Shown here in pieces: positions 38,701 to 51,716 of a stretch of 64,000 bases of DNA; the first letter of the stretch is position 1, and every line of letters starts with the position of its first letter. The stretch comes from Oikopleura dioica (lineage: Eukaryota; Animalia; Chordata): assembly GCA_907165135.1 (NCBI GenBank), contig OU015567.1:2976001-3040000 (forward strand), written 5' to 3'. The notes below the pieces were generated by a model. The model worked only from the letters and a program-made list of their open reading frames with translations, had not been told where the DNA came from and made no database searches. The translations under genes were made by a program, and so were the position numbers.

Positions 38701-41700
38701 CGTTGTTGTGCCCGTTGTGGAGGTGAACTCGTAGTCTTCCCATGGGTCGGTTGTCGTTGTTGACGCTGTTGTCGTGGCAGTAGTTGTCGTTGTCGTTGTC
38801 GTTGTGGTAGTGGTTGTTGTTGGCGGCTCGGTTGTGCAGGAATCCGAAGCGAGGGTAAGAAGGTCTTCGATTATGTGCAGATGGCGTTCTCGATAAGCTG
38901 GTTTGCCGCATTGGAAGAAAACCTAAAAGTAGTACTTTACAACTTATCAATTAGCTGTAACAAAAAGCTTGTCATTAAGAGAAAAACAATTTTTAACGAA
39001 CAAAATGATGACGCCTGAGTAATTTTTCTTTTTTAAACATGAAAACGATCGCTCCTTGATTCAAAATAACTATCTACGCTGGACTGTATATTCTTCAAAT
39101 ATTGTCCGACCGGTACAATCTTCCCTTTCATCTTGTAATGAAAATTACCCGCCTTTGTTTCTTTACCAACATATTCATAAAGTGATATTCTGGCTTATGT
39201 TTCCCTGAGAACACGATAATTTTATGTAACTCTTTTTAAAATCGTAATAATATTACGTCAGCAATATTTTGATAGTCATACGAGGGTATTTCTATATAAA
39301 AATGAATATGATCCATCCAAAATAATTTCAAAAATAAGCTACTGCGCTGGATTGTATAGTCTTCAAATATTTATTGACCGGTACTTTTTCCGTCTCGCTT
39401 CTGTTTTAGCAACATGTTGAGTGATTGATTTTTAACCTAAGATTCACTCACGACGTTTCTTTGGGGTACACGATACACCAGGCATCGTGTTTTTTTTCCA
39501 TTCAGGGTAAATTCACAAATTATGTAATAAAAAAACGGAGTAGGTGGCGAAAATTTGAGTGTCAAACTTACTTCGTTGGCCAAAACTTGGAATTTGGCGA
39601 TGAATGCTTGTGGGTTTCGCGCAGTCGTAAAATCCAGCAGGTCGCAGCGCACAGCGTTGACACGGTATAAACAGCTTCTATCGCCATCGCCGTGGAGCGA
39701 CAGGCGGACGAATTCGTTCGCCAAGTTCGCAAAATTCTGGATCAATGGAACACGTTGACAGTGAGTTGAAATCATTCGGTCAAATCGGCCAACCGAGCAG
39801 GCGCCTTCAAAAAGGGTTAAAAATGATTATTTGCGGCTTGTTTTTGGAAACTTTTAGAAAAATAAGAAACTAACCAAGATACTTGAGATCGCACAAGTCT
39901 TTTTGTGCACCGTGGAGTCCATCATCGTGGAAGTCGTTGAGTGGTTTTGGAGGGAGCCTCTTCCAACTGGGTGGGCATCGTTTTGGGAAGTTTGCGAGTT
40001 TGACTGGGTCGACCATTACTTCTGTCACTTCTTCCAGGCTTTCTGCTGTTGTCGTTGATGCTGTTGTTGTTGCAGTAGTTGTTGGTTCCATTGTTGTTGT
40101 TGCAGTAGTTGTTGGTTCCATTGTTGTTGTTGTCGTTGTCGTAGTCGTTGTCGTTGTCGTTGTTGTTGCAGTAGTTGTTGTTAGTGCTGGCGTCGTCGCG
40201 GCTGTTGTTGATTCCATTGCTGTTGTTCTAGTTGTCATTTTCCACTCTGGAAATGTTGTTGTTTCGAATGCAACAGTCGTCGTCAATGTTGTTGTATCCT
40301 CTTCTGTCGTTGCATCGATAGTTGGAACAACAGTTGGCTTAAAAAAGTGTTGAATATGACGAATGTTTTTTGTGAGTCGCATCTGACTAGAATCGAAAAA
40401 TTGGATGAATAAACGTTGGTATATTATTGCAACCGCAAGTGTCTGTCTAAAAATGTCTGGACGGCTTTTCGATAATTCGTCTTATCTCTAACGATATTCG
40501 TTGGTTTGCAGAAAATAGACTCACCTCGACAAAATCATCTGTAACAGATGGGACAGTTTCCGACTCTTTAGTGGTTTCCATCACTTGAGTTGTTGGAGAA
40601 GTAGGGCTCGGCTGCAGCGACTCGGGAGTTGTAGTTGTCTTCGGAGGCTTGGTTCCTGTCTTTGTTGCTGCTGTGGTAGTAGTGGTCGTCGTGTAGACCG
40701 GGATCTCAGGAATAATGAAGTCGGGCACGTGGAGGCCCAGAGAAATTACAAGAGCATCGACAGTTTGAATCCATTGGTGTCCGAATCCATCAACACATCC
40801 GCCGACAATATGGTCAATCAGCGTCCTCAATTTACCAACGACGTCTTCGATTCCTTCTCCCTGTCCGTATCGCAAAAACTCGCAAGGAACTTGAACGCTT
40901 CCCGGACTGCAGTACTCGCCGTAGTCGTCGAATTTGTTGTTGAAGGCTTCGATTGATTTGACGAGCATGGTGAAGAATTTAGATGCGTAGTCGGAATCTT
41001 TTAAAACGGATAGAAATGAATGTTATGTACGAATTTGCTCTCAAGAATTTAGAATTTGCTGAGAGAGTGAAAAATTATCAATATGCCGCGGTGGTATGGG
41101 GGAGAAATATTTAAATTAGAGATCGCGATAGTGATTTTGAGCACGTGAGGAGAACATATCCTAGAGAAACTCTCTTGACCTTCTATTGCCTTTTAAAGAG
41201 CGGTTTTTATTTAGATGTTTTCCATCCGTTCCTTGCGCATTCTCCACTTGGTCATTGAAAATGGCTTCAGACTGCGGTCTAAACTGGCTAACATCGCAAA
41301 CCGCGTCGAATTGTAAAGGAATGCCCCAGACATCGTGAGTGGCCGACTGTCCCGGGTAGTAGATTCCATCCACTTCTGTGAAGGTCCCATTTCCTGGCAT
41401 TTCGATCAATTCCCATTCGAAGTTGAATTTGAAGCGAAATTTGTACCCGCCAGGAGCTGTGACGTAAATAACATCCATCGCGTCGCTCGCGAAGATTCCA
41501 TCGACTTCTTCCATTTCTTCTTCGCTCAATTCTAGCTCCGTGTTTTCCGCGATCAGTTGCTGGGCCATCGCGCTTACCACGTCTTCTTTCGCCGCTTGCA
41601 TCACATCCGATGCTTCATCTGGCGCGTAGTTGGGGGAATAAGAGCTGAGAATGAGATTGTTGTCTACAGATCTTCTTTTTCTTCGTTTTGGTCGATCTGC

Positions 41701-42189
41701 AGGACCAACGCAGTAGGGGCCATAGCGGGTGGAGTCGGTTTGGAGGTAGATTTTGTCCAGGGAATCGCAGGAACCATAAGATGAGGTTTCGAAAAGTCTT
41801 AATAAAGATTTAAAAAAAAACGAGAGTTGACCTGGTGTAAAAATTTTCCAAAGAAGGTGAAAAAAATGTGATGATTTTGACTTTTAAAATTTCAATATAA
41901 CAGAAATAAACAATTCGAAGACCTGAATTTCCGGCAATGTCTCCGGAGATTTCAGGTATTTCCTCTTCGACCCGAAATTTGAAGGAAATTGCTCTCAATT
42001 TTCTTACCGTAATCTGATTCTCTGCAAGTCGTCCCTCGATTCAGGCCTGATTCTGAATCTGCAGGAATCGCCATTACTGTCCAATGCAATCAGGTCGTCT
42101 CTCGTGTCGCATATTTTCAGCGGACTTTCATGATTTTCTGCATTTGAACTTGCTAGAACTCCGCCCAGCACGAAGCTTTTCCACTTCAT
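35703..42189 (-). CDS. Large secreted mucin-like multidomain protein (oikosin-like): signal peptide, CUB-like region with RRKR site, four copies of a Cys-containing helical domain, Thr-rich linkers and a coiled coil
   Basis: ORFs at 42189, 41604, 40968, 40382, 39775, 38321, 37997 and 36920 plus hand-read exons join on the - strand, with poly-Thr tracts. It could be two genes. The oikosin label is inference. Confidence 0.7.
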
Positions 42190-43713
42190 CGTTCGCTATC
42201 GTTTCTTTTGTTTGGATTCCTGAAAAGTAAAATAATTATGAAATAAATTAGCAAAACGAGGCAATTTTCGATTCGCGATGGACGTGTTCTATGTTCATTT
42301 TATAAACACGCGCCAATTTCGATGTCATTATTTATTCCTTACATTCCCAGAGCATTGTTGAATGGGCGATTACAGGGACCGCGAAGGTAACTTAACTTTG
42401 GCGTGTTTTAATCGGTTCCATGATGTGACCGAAAACAATTTCAATGTTTTTTGGTTTTATTGAAATGTGATCAATCCAAGAGCAAAAAAAATATTATCCA
42501 AAAAAGCCGAGCGCAGATAATCCATAAAAGAGACTTTCTAAGCTGCCCTAATTCTCATAAAAAATATGCATAAACAAAAATCAGAGACGGTGCCCCTGAT
42601 CCCCCGCTGCGGCAAAAGTGATAAGACACATTATTACGACGCTATCAGTTAATCCCCTAATTCTTCCCGAGCCATAATGGCCTCGCTTCATAATCTCGCC
42701 GGAATTTACACCGAGTCGGGGCCTCTAATCCAATTCAGCTCTGGTCAGCTCGATCGCAACTTCACGGTCGTTGTGCCTGGTCATGGGACCACAAAGAGGA
42801 AACCACCTAAGCCGGGCTTTTTAGTAGAGTGGCAGAACTTTGAACTTGTACACATAACTAGTGTCAAAATTAATTTTACGCTTTTCGAAAGAAAACTCTT
42901 CTTTTTTTCCTAAAAAATGGGTCAAAATAAGGAATTGATTCCACGGTATAAAGGATAAGAGGAAGCTATGTTCTAAAAAGAAAGATTGTCATCATGAGCG
43001 ATTACTGCGTTCGACCATCTTGTGTCCGACCATCTTGAAGGATTGAACAAAGTATTCTAATGCTTCTTCTGCCGAGTTCCGCCTTTCTTGTTCGCTACTT
43101 CCGCGCTTAGCCTGTGAAACATCATCGGCAAAATACTCGCCCGAGAAAGAAATTAAAAGCGTTTGCTCGTAATTACGTGGCTCGACCGAGTTTTAATTGA
43201 GCGAAAAACAAATTGGATTGTTAAACAAGACCGATTGTTTTTAGAGAACGTAATTTCTAGCGATGTTTTCTTTTTGATATTAGTTCTATAAACAGAAATA
43301 ACATCATGTCCACCCAATCAATAATTTTTTCTAAACTTGTATAGAAACTAGATCTCTTGGGGGACAATATGTAGACATCATGATTTCAACAGGGTTTAAT
43401 GACACATTATAACGTCTAGAATTGACCGAAATTTCTTCACAAAAAGAGAAGATGTATCAATTTCACGGGATCGACCTTGTTCCTCAGATCTTTGTTTGCC
43501 CAAGTGATTTGTGCCAGGGCTTGAGAGGGAACTTCCCTCGCTATTAATCACCTTCTCCGGTCTCGGCTAGAGACTCGAAACTCAACCTCTCACCTTCATG
43601 TGAAGTCCCTGCTCACAATCCTGGCCCGGGGCGAGTTCTGGCGCCCTATTTCCGCCTATAACGCCACCTCCTCGCTTCTTAGCCTAGTACCCAGCTTGTT
43701 CTTTCCAGAAAGA

Positions 43714-43813
43714 GTAAATAGAAAGACAGACTCGCTCCTTTTCCCCTCCCTTTTCTGTAAGCAAATATTTGATTGAAGCAAATATTGATTTATACAAGTT
43801 GCTTGTATAAATA
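43714..43813 (+). promoter_or_regulatory. Cluster of four forkhead consensus sites (RYAAAYA) upstream of the inferred FoxA start
   Basis: GTAAATA 43714, GCAAATA 43761, GCAAATA 43778 and ATAAATA 43807. Confidence 0.5.
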
Positions 43814-43819
43814 TTGGTT

Positions 43820-46800
43820 ATGAGTACAGTCAACGCTTCTTTCGACGATTCAAACCCCTCATCATCCTCCTCTTCGAATCAGTACTTGCCCCACCCGAGC
43901 GGAACGGTAACAGAATAACTGTAATTATGAGCTTTTTGAGCATGAGAGATTTAGACGCTGGAAGAGATTTACAACGAAGGAAGAGTGAAACAGGGAGATA
44001 TTCATTTCGACTATCCGGAAACTGGGAATCAACAGAGCTTGGAATTTCTTCAAGAGGAGAGTCAGGAAAGGGATGAGGATATTTTTTATCGATATGGAAA
44101 TACTACCTCTTGATTCGCTGAAATGAAAAATACTGGTTTTTGATTGGCTCATCACTCTTTGAGAGCAAAATTGAACGCCGAAACTCTATCATTCTGCCGT
44201 CGAAATGGGGTACCCTTATTTCGAATAATTACAGTAATTCATCCTCAAAAATAAGAACTCGGGCGATTATTCCATCTCCAAATCACTCAACTCTCTCGGT
44301 TCAAGTAATTCATCAACCGAATACATCGAATATCCCGAATCCGCATATTCAAATGATTCCTACATTCACATCTCTCCACAAGAGGTTGAAGAGCCAAGGT
44401 AACTAAATTAATTTGTGGCAAATTATTTTTTCGTTTACAGTAATTATGTTTCTGTCGCAAAATGGGCAGTAGATAGTTAGTTAGATAGAGGATAATGACT
44501 GTAGTTTCAGAATACATTTTATATTTTCATCAATTTTCAATTAATTTAACTTATTATGAACAATTAGTGATAAGAGGTGTCTACTTTTTCTTATCAAAAC
44601 TTGGATAGTTTTCAAAATAATTCATCAGTGATAAATTATCACTGAATAGAAGGACCATTTTAAAGTTGCTTTTAGTGCTATTTTTACAACAAAAATTTTT
44701 GATTGATGTGAAGTTTATTGCATATCGATTTCGGCCATGTTATTCCTTTGAGCAAAAAACTGACTAACAATAGTATTCTAGTCATTTTTTTGCTGAAAGG
44801 AATATTTAGTTCGTCCTCAATCCCAAGACGGTAAGGAGTTGCGTTTGGGTTTTAGTTCCACTTGTTCTAGTTCTCTTTGCACGGAAGATTGCTTTAAGTA
44901 GCCGAAACCGATTATATTTTGCAATAAACTTCACAAAATCATTTACATCGATGTCATTTATCAGCTTAAAATCAAAAAGTTTAGATAAAAAATAGAACTT
45001 GAAAAAGTGTCCATTCCTCTTACGAGTAACTATCTTTCTCTAAAGAAGAATCTTCTTCAAGAGAATCTTCGGAAGAATCATTGAGAAACAAGTTGAGCCT
45101 AATTTGAAATGAAAGAGAGGAACGAGATCGCGTCAGTTTATGTTTCATCAAAGAATCTAAGAAAACAGATTTACATTCTGCATCATTTATGCCTTTGTAT
45201 CTAATTTCCTGTTTGATTATTCAGGGAGTATAGAAAGTGGCACACTTGTGAAACCGGGTTTACCGGGGTCTGACTAAGGCAAAAAAGTTCACTTCGAAAA
45301 AAAAAATTTTTTTTCAAAAATTTTTTCGAAAAACGTACACGAAAACGTATTGAACAGATTTTAATTTCACCGGAACGGAATCTTTTCTCACTGCCAATTT
45401 TGCGAAATCTATTAAACACATGTTCAACAAAGAGTTTTTACTACTCACGGTCCGAATAAGAATTCTAGCGCGCTTGGTGAAAATTTACAGAATTTTCTAG
45501 AGAGCCGAGCAAAGTGGGGAGAACATGAGATTTTCAAAGCCACAGAATTGGACATTCGAAAACGTGGTTGAAAATCAATGGGAAAATTTGTCGAGCACTT
45601 TTGGCGACAAATTTTCGCTTTGACTTTGGTTTTTGTTTTTGAGCTTGTAAAAGAATAAACGCAGTTTTATAAGAAAGGAAATGGGAAGAGAGAGATTTAA
45701 AAACGTGGTGTTTCTGATCGCGTCGGCTCATCCAAGGGCGGCCGAGGTCAAATCGCGCGTTCTACCCTTAATCCCATTTTCAGGCAAGGGCGTCGCAATC
45801 TCCACGCTGCCAAGCCGCCCTACTCGTACATTTCCCTCATAACTTTGGCTATCCAGCAAAGTGGTCAACAACAACTCACGCTAAACGAAATCTACAACTG
45901 GATCATTGAGCTCTTTCCCTACTACAGGCAAAATCAACAGAGGTAGGAAAAATTGAAAATACTGGTAGATTCAATTTATGACTAGATAAATTAACTCTTA
46001 GGATGAACAAAATCGTGGTTCAGCTGCTGAAATTTTACTCTTATGATCAAATTTGTCTGTCTTTTTAGCTCATAATCTTATCTTATTCGTCTACGAGTGG
46101 ATCAGTATTAATTTCTTTATGATGTAGTCAGTCAAGCATACTGGGTTTTAGCTAATATTCAGATATAATCTTGGGTTCAGAGAGGTTCATGAGAAGAACA
46201 TTCACATATCCGGAATATCGAGACATACAATAAGGCATATAATTACATTTTTGAAAGAAAATAGTAGCTTTTATAAGCTGTCATTGCCTAATTTTCGATT
46301 AAACTATATAAAAAATGTTATTTTTGATGAAAAAACTAAGAAACTTGGTTGTTATTTAAATCAGTAAAACCTGTTTTTAGATGGCAAAATTCAATCCGCC
46401 ACAGCCTGAGCTTCAACGATTGTTTTGTAAAAGTGCCTCGCTCGGCAGAAAAGCCTGGCAAGGGATCGTACTGGACGCTCCACCAAGACGCGAATAATAT
46501 GTTCGAGAATGGTTGTTACTTGAGACGTCAGAAGAGGTTCAAAGCTCAAGAGCGGCTCGCCAAAGGGGTAAGCATTCCGCAACGGAATTAAAATTATGAT
46601 TTCTTACGTATTGAATTTTGGATTTTCAGCGATAAAAAAAAGTATTTTTGATAGTAATCTCGCACTCTTGCTAATTTGGCGATGCGCACCTTGTTTCGAC
46701 CAAAAATAAAAGCAAACATCACATAATTGCGAGAAATAATTGAGATGAACCAGGCTTATTTTAATTTAAAATAAAATCGGCAAAAGCGTAAACATCCTTA

Positions 46801-48869
46801 CATTTTTTTACACAAGACGTGGCAATTTTAAAAGAATCCAATAACTCTCCCATAAGTTTTTTTAGCTGTTTCTTCAAATTGATAAATGAGTTCGTCCTCA
46901 ATCTAAAGACGTTCTCTTTGCACTGAAGATGGTCTAAATGGCCGAAATCGATATGCAATAAACTTCACATTAATCATTTCTTTTAGTCAGAGTTGCAAAT
47001 TTTCTTAAAATATTCAAAAAATATGCTCATTTTAGATGGTCACAATTTAATATTAAAATAATGGTTTTGGCGAAGCCGCTTAGAGGCTTCGTTCTTAAAA
47101 AGCCGCTACGCGGCTTTTATTTGAGCTCTATCCTTGGTAGGTTTCCTTGTAAGTTACAAGTTGTAACCTATAAAGTTTAGTTAGCAAGATAGAGATAAAA
47201 ATCGCTGAATTCATCGAAAATCTTCAATAATCCTCAGTCTTCCTGTAAGTTGTTTCATACAGGAAAATCGGAAAATCGCGCTACGGAAGTTCGGATGTGA
47301 TGATATTATTCTAAGGCGGTTAGTTCAGCGATCCAATTTCTTTTGCTTGAACTCGAGTATCGAGACTCCGGACGCTTTGTTTTTAGAAAAACATGGATTT
47401 TATCATAACGTTATACTACGTGGATGTCTAGAATTCGATCGTCCTACTTTTTAGTATTTTGGGGACAAGATCTTATTATTTTAGTCCATCCATTTAATTC
47501 ATTTTGGACACCAATTAGCAGAAATTACACATCGTTTTTTAATGAAACCATCTTCCCAATTATATCCAAATTTTAAATTAACGTTTTGACACCCTTAATT
47601 CAATTGAAAATTTAAGAACGCAAAGCGAAAACGAGATCGAAAATCAACCACCTCAAGGACCCGATCCTCGCGCCCGGGGCAATTTTCGTCCAATCAGAAA
47701 TCACGAAACAATCCCAACGAAGTCCAAATTTCCATAACTCCGATCGAGGAAGAACCGAAAAAGCAACCAAAACGCTCGAAAAAATCCGCTTCCCAAGGTG
47801 CCCACAGTTCCCTCGTTGCCCCATCCCATCATCAAGGCGGATTCGGCCAGTATTCCGGCCATGGGTTAAGCTTGGGCGAAGAAAGCCAGGAACTCACTCC
47901 GGGGCAGAATTTCCTGGCGATTTATGCGCAAGATCATCCGATAGATACGGGACTTTTACAAGAACAGGAGCAGTATATCGACCCGAACAGGTGAGAAAAG
48001 AGAATATGAGAATGATAATTACATAGTTACCAGGTAGTCAATCTCCCATTTTGAACTTGGATAGCAGTCAAACTCGTTAAATATGAATAGGTTTTTCATG
48101 AATATGAATGCCGAATGAATACTTTCTCCTCATTTAGATACGCAACGATGGAGGACCCGAATATAATTTACACCGAAGTTGACCTGCCACAGTATATCAA
48201 TGGAGAATTTGTAACAGGTACTAAATGAACTCACACGGTACTCATCTCTTGCTTATTTAGATTATCCTAACCCTAACCCTTAAATAAAAGATGCTGAGAA
48301 CCCCCATTCCCGAGGCTGGAACCAACCGGTCCAAGAAGATCTTCTCGATGCTTCAGCTCAAAATGGAGGACCTTCGACAAGCATGGATTTGGATCTGAAC
48401 CATTCTTCCTCCCGCTCAAACTCATATTTCTACGAAAACGAAGCGATCGAGTACGAGTCCCTTCCGATGGGAATAAATCTTCAACCCTGCCCGAATCCTA
48501 GAAGCAGCCTGGCTCAAAATCAGCCAGATGAGAGTATGTTTTATTCGCTGGATACTGATCAAGGTAATTTAAAACTCTTAAATTATGACAAAATTATTTT
48601 TATTGGCTAAAAGATACGTTTGCATGAATCGGAAATGACGTTGTAGATACCATGGTAGTTATAAGACGCGTAGTAGTATCCCCGGATAAATTATGATCCC
48701 CGAGAAAATGACTTACAGCCGCGCGGGTTTAACATTATATTTTTAAGTAGTGATGATAAGCGAGCCGCAAAATGACGAGCAACAAAATGATGGCTTCATG
48801 AAAATTGGAGTGGAAACGATTGGAAGCGAAAATGAGCAGTCCGCCAGTCTGACCATGAATCAACAATAA
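43820..48869 (+). CDS. FoxA: Forkhead transcription factor, FoxA subclass
   Basis: [20 protein letters not shown]...[23 protein letters not shown]|[34 protein letters not shown]...[16 protein letters not shown]. The first and last exons (43820, 48869) are less certain than the domain (45785-46560). Confidence 0.92.
44705..44940. repeat. Intronic inverted-repeat element, with a partial second copy at ~46888-46980
   Basis: TGTGAAGTTTATTGCATATCGATTTCGGCCA is inverted at ~44900-44935. AGTTCGTCCTCAATC...GTTCTCTTTGCAC.GAAGAT...GCCGAAA.CGAT...GCAATAAACTTCACA is shared with 46888-46980. Confidence 0.75.
47071..47117. repeat. Paired AAGCCGC hairpins (FoxA intron)
   Basis: CGAAGCCGCTTAGAGGCTTCG (imperfect) and AAAAGCCGC-TAC-GCGGCTTTT. 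Confidence 0.8.
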
Positions 48870-51286
48870 TTTCCATTGAACAAATTTCTGCAAATAAACT
48901 ATTTATATCAAAATTTCAAGGTTTTTCAAAAATTATCATTGAGTAATCGCAGAAAATGATTAAATTTCTTCCTTCCAAAGGCAAAAAATCAGGGCAAATT
49001 AATGATTAAAATAACGGTTTTTGATTGGTTGACCCGAGAAATGCCAGATTTTGATTGGCCCTAGCCGCTAATATCCTCCGATATTGAATATTTGAGAGTT
49101 TTATTTTGAAAAATATACTAAAAAAATTGCTTTCTACAATAAAAATTCCGTTAAACTAAAGCCAAAATCTCAAAAGCAAAAAAAAAACTTGAGCTTACCT
49201 TATAAATTTCAAAGTTTATTCGTCTTCTTGGAGAATTTCAGTAGGAAGTATCTCTTTTGTGAATCAAAAAATCATTCAAATTTATTCTTGTTTCAAATCT
49301 TCTTGTGTCAATTCTCACAGTTAAAAAATGTCGATGGTAGAAAAAATGCTCGAATCACTCGTGTCGAGTAATTACGATTTGAAAAACTGAATTGTAAAGT
49401 TCACGATCGTCGATTTTGGGGATGATGATTCTTACACTCGTGGCGGTGCGCTTTTCAGGCGCTAGAGAGGCCGATTCGTGAATCGCGACAGCTCATGAAA
49501 ACGCGTGTTTTGCGCGTTTTTGATGGCGCTCGCGAGGGCCCGCGAGTAAACGCACGGTAAGTACGGCTCGCGAGCGCCCTCTGAGATCGAACGAGTGCAA
49601 GAATGCACATGTGCTATTTCAATTTGATGATCTATCGTAGCGTAATTATGCCAAATATTTATTGTTGTGGCTTGACAAGAAGCTTTGTCGAGAGGATAAT
49701 AGATTTCTAATTTTGCTCACTCTTCAATATAGTTTTGCTAAGTTAATTGAAAGTTATAATTGCTGTTTGTTGAAGAAACAGGTAACGGTTGTAGAATCTA
49801 TAAAACTATAATAAGCCAAGCGAAAGCCTTTACGAAAGGGTTTCTTTAAATGAAAAAATGATCAAAATTTAGGGTAAGGCATCAGGATCTCATAATTCCT
49901 GGTCATTGATCGTGTTCTCTCTCGATTTTTAGCTTGCTTTCATTTCATTACTCATTTGTAATTCTTCTTTTTTGACTTTTTATCCAACAGGGCAGGATGT
50001 AAAAAAGTCAGTCTAACCTTTTCTCGAGACGTAACTACTAAGGGACTTACGTTTTTGTTGACCGAAATCTATTACTAATTGCCAGCGCCAATAAGATAAG
50101 CTAAAGAGTGGTACCAATTACTGTTCGCGACGATCTATGTAAGGGCATTACAGTAGGGTCTTGCATCAAGCGTCTTGATCAAAGACTAAGTTCTCAGCTC
50201 TAATTTGTGCAAAACGGAAATATAAATTTCTTTAAGAACAATTTTTATTCCGATTTCAATCTGAAAAATCTGATTTTTTCTTTGAAAGCTGACGTCAAAA
50301 AACTTATTATCGGCACGTGTCAAACTACTTTTTTCTTTCCTGATCTTATTTTTTGGAAAACCGGGATTTATATATAAATGACCCTAATTGTAAAGAACTA
50401 TTCTCCTGTCTTTTAAGATAGAGAATCTTTTGTCTGTCCTTAGCCGTGATTTTTGATTGTCAAACTTGATTCTTCGACAAATCTCTTTCTCCAAATTCTG
50501 CCACCCATGCTCAGCATAATTGAATTCTAGTCGCGCTGTTCAAACAAATTGAAACCCCCGTCGAATTCATTTTTCTCCGCACGTGAACATATGAATTTAC
50601 ATCGTACTTTTTCGTGGATAACCATGTTCTCATTTTGACTCTTCATTTTGGCCAAAAAGCTCCGTCACCAAATTCAATTGAAAACGAAAAATCTTCATCA
50701 ACAAATTTTCTAATTATTCTGGCGTCAAAACCACGACGCAAAATAAAAAATTGAGAAACGCAAAACCAAGAAACAAGAAAACGGGCAAAAGAGTGCGGCA
50801 GCGAGTTTAACCAGAGGTTTAGAATCCAAGGGCAAAAGTAGGAATCAAAAAATCAAAGCGGCGGAATGAGTTCATTTTCTTCTGAAACAGGGAAGTTACA
50901 GAACTTTTTCGGAAGGTGTTTTTTCTGCCTCCGGAAACTGTAGTGGAACTGTATATTCAGAAGCAAGTCCAAATTTCTCCCTCACGTTACGTAGCGCTAG
51001 AATTTCTCGAGACGACGAAATGACACTTGAAAAATTCGTTTCAGCCCATGTAAGCCCTACATATAAGACTGTATCTCGACGTGGTGAAACTCGTACTGGA
51101 GGAGATTAAACCTGCTTCGCTTGCATTCCAGGACTCGAGATCTTAAGGACTGGCTGATTGAATCGCCGTTCTAAGGACGACCCAGAAGTCCACGTAATTC
51201 GAAGTTCTATTGAAGTGACTGGCCAATTTCTGGACTTCAAAATTATGGAAAGGAATCCAGCTTTTTCCAAAAAAAGATACCATCAT

Positions 51287-51428
51287 GACACCCTTATTTA
51301 ATACCTCAGACACCCGATTTAAGCCACCACCAATTTAAGGGTGTCAACAAAGATGGTTATAAAATTGGCAAAATCGTTGTTGACACCCTTAAGGGTGTCC
51401 CCAACGATTACTTAAGGGACACCCTTAA
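51287..51428. mobile_element. Tandem micro-TIR units with GGGTGTC termini sharing TTAA junctions
   Basis: TTAA|GGGTGTCAACAA...TTGTTGACACCC|TTAA (51339-51388, 50 bp), then GGGTGTCCC...GGGACACCC|TTAA (51393-51424, 32 bp). An extra GACACCCTTA lies at 51287. Confidence 0.75.
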
Positions 51429-51716
51429 GGCTTTAATTTTGAAAACCCTGCAATAAGGATGTCACTATGATAAAAAATCGGCGAAAAATCCAGTTCTCCA
51501 TGTCTACCTCCTGATAATGTCTGCTCGGAGAAATGCTACCTATGTACTTATAGAGGTCAGTGAAGATGTATCATTTCATAGAAAGAAGTAAGAAATGCCG
51601 GAGTGTCGCAAGATGTCGCCTTAAATCGGAGCGCCCTCATCTTGTCTCGCCGATAATATAAAAAATCTTTTGAAATTGTAGGTTGTTTTATTAAAAATAG
51701 CTGCTTTCTGCTTATC

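Noticed and set aside
39883-40353. Poly-Val ORF on the + strand (likewise 40585-40956 and 38578-38763)
   Set aside because: Antisense of the Thr-rich mucin exons.
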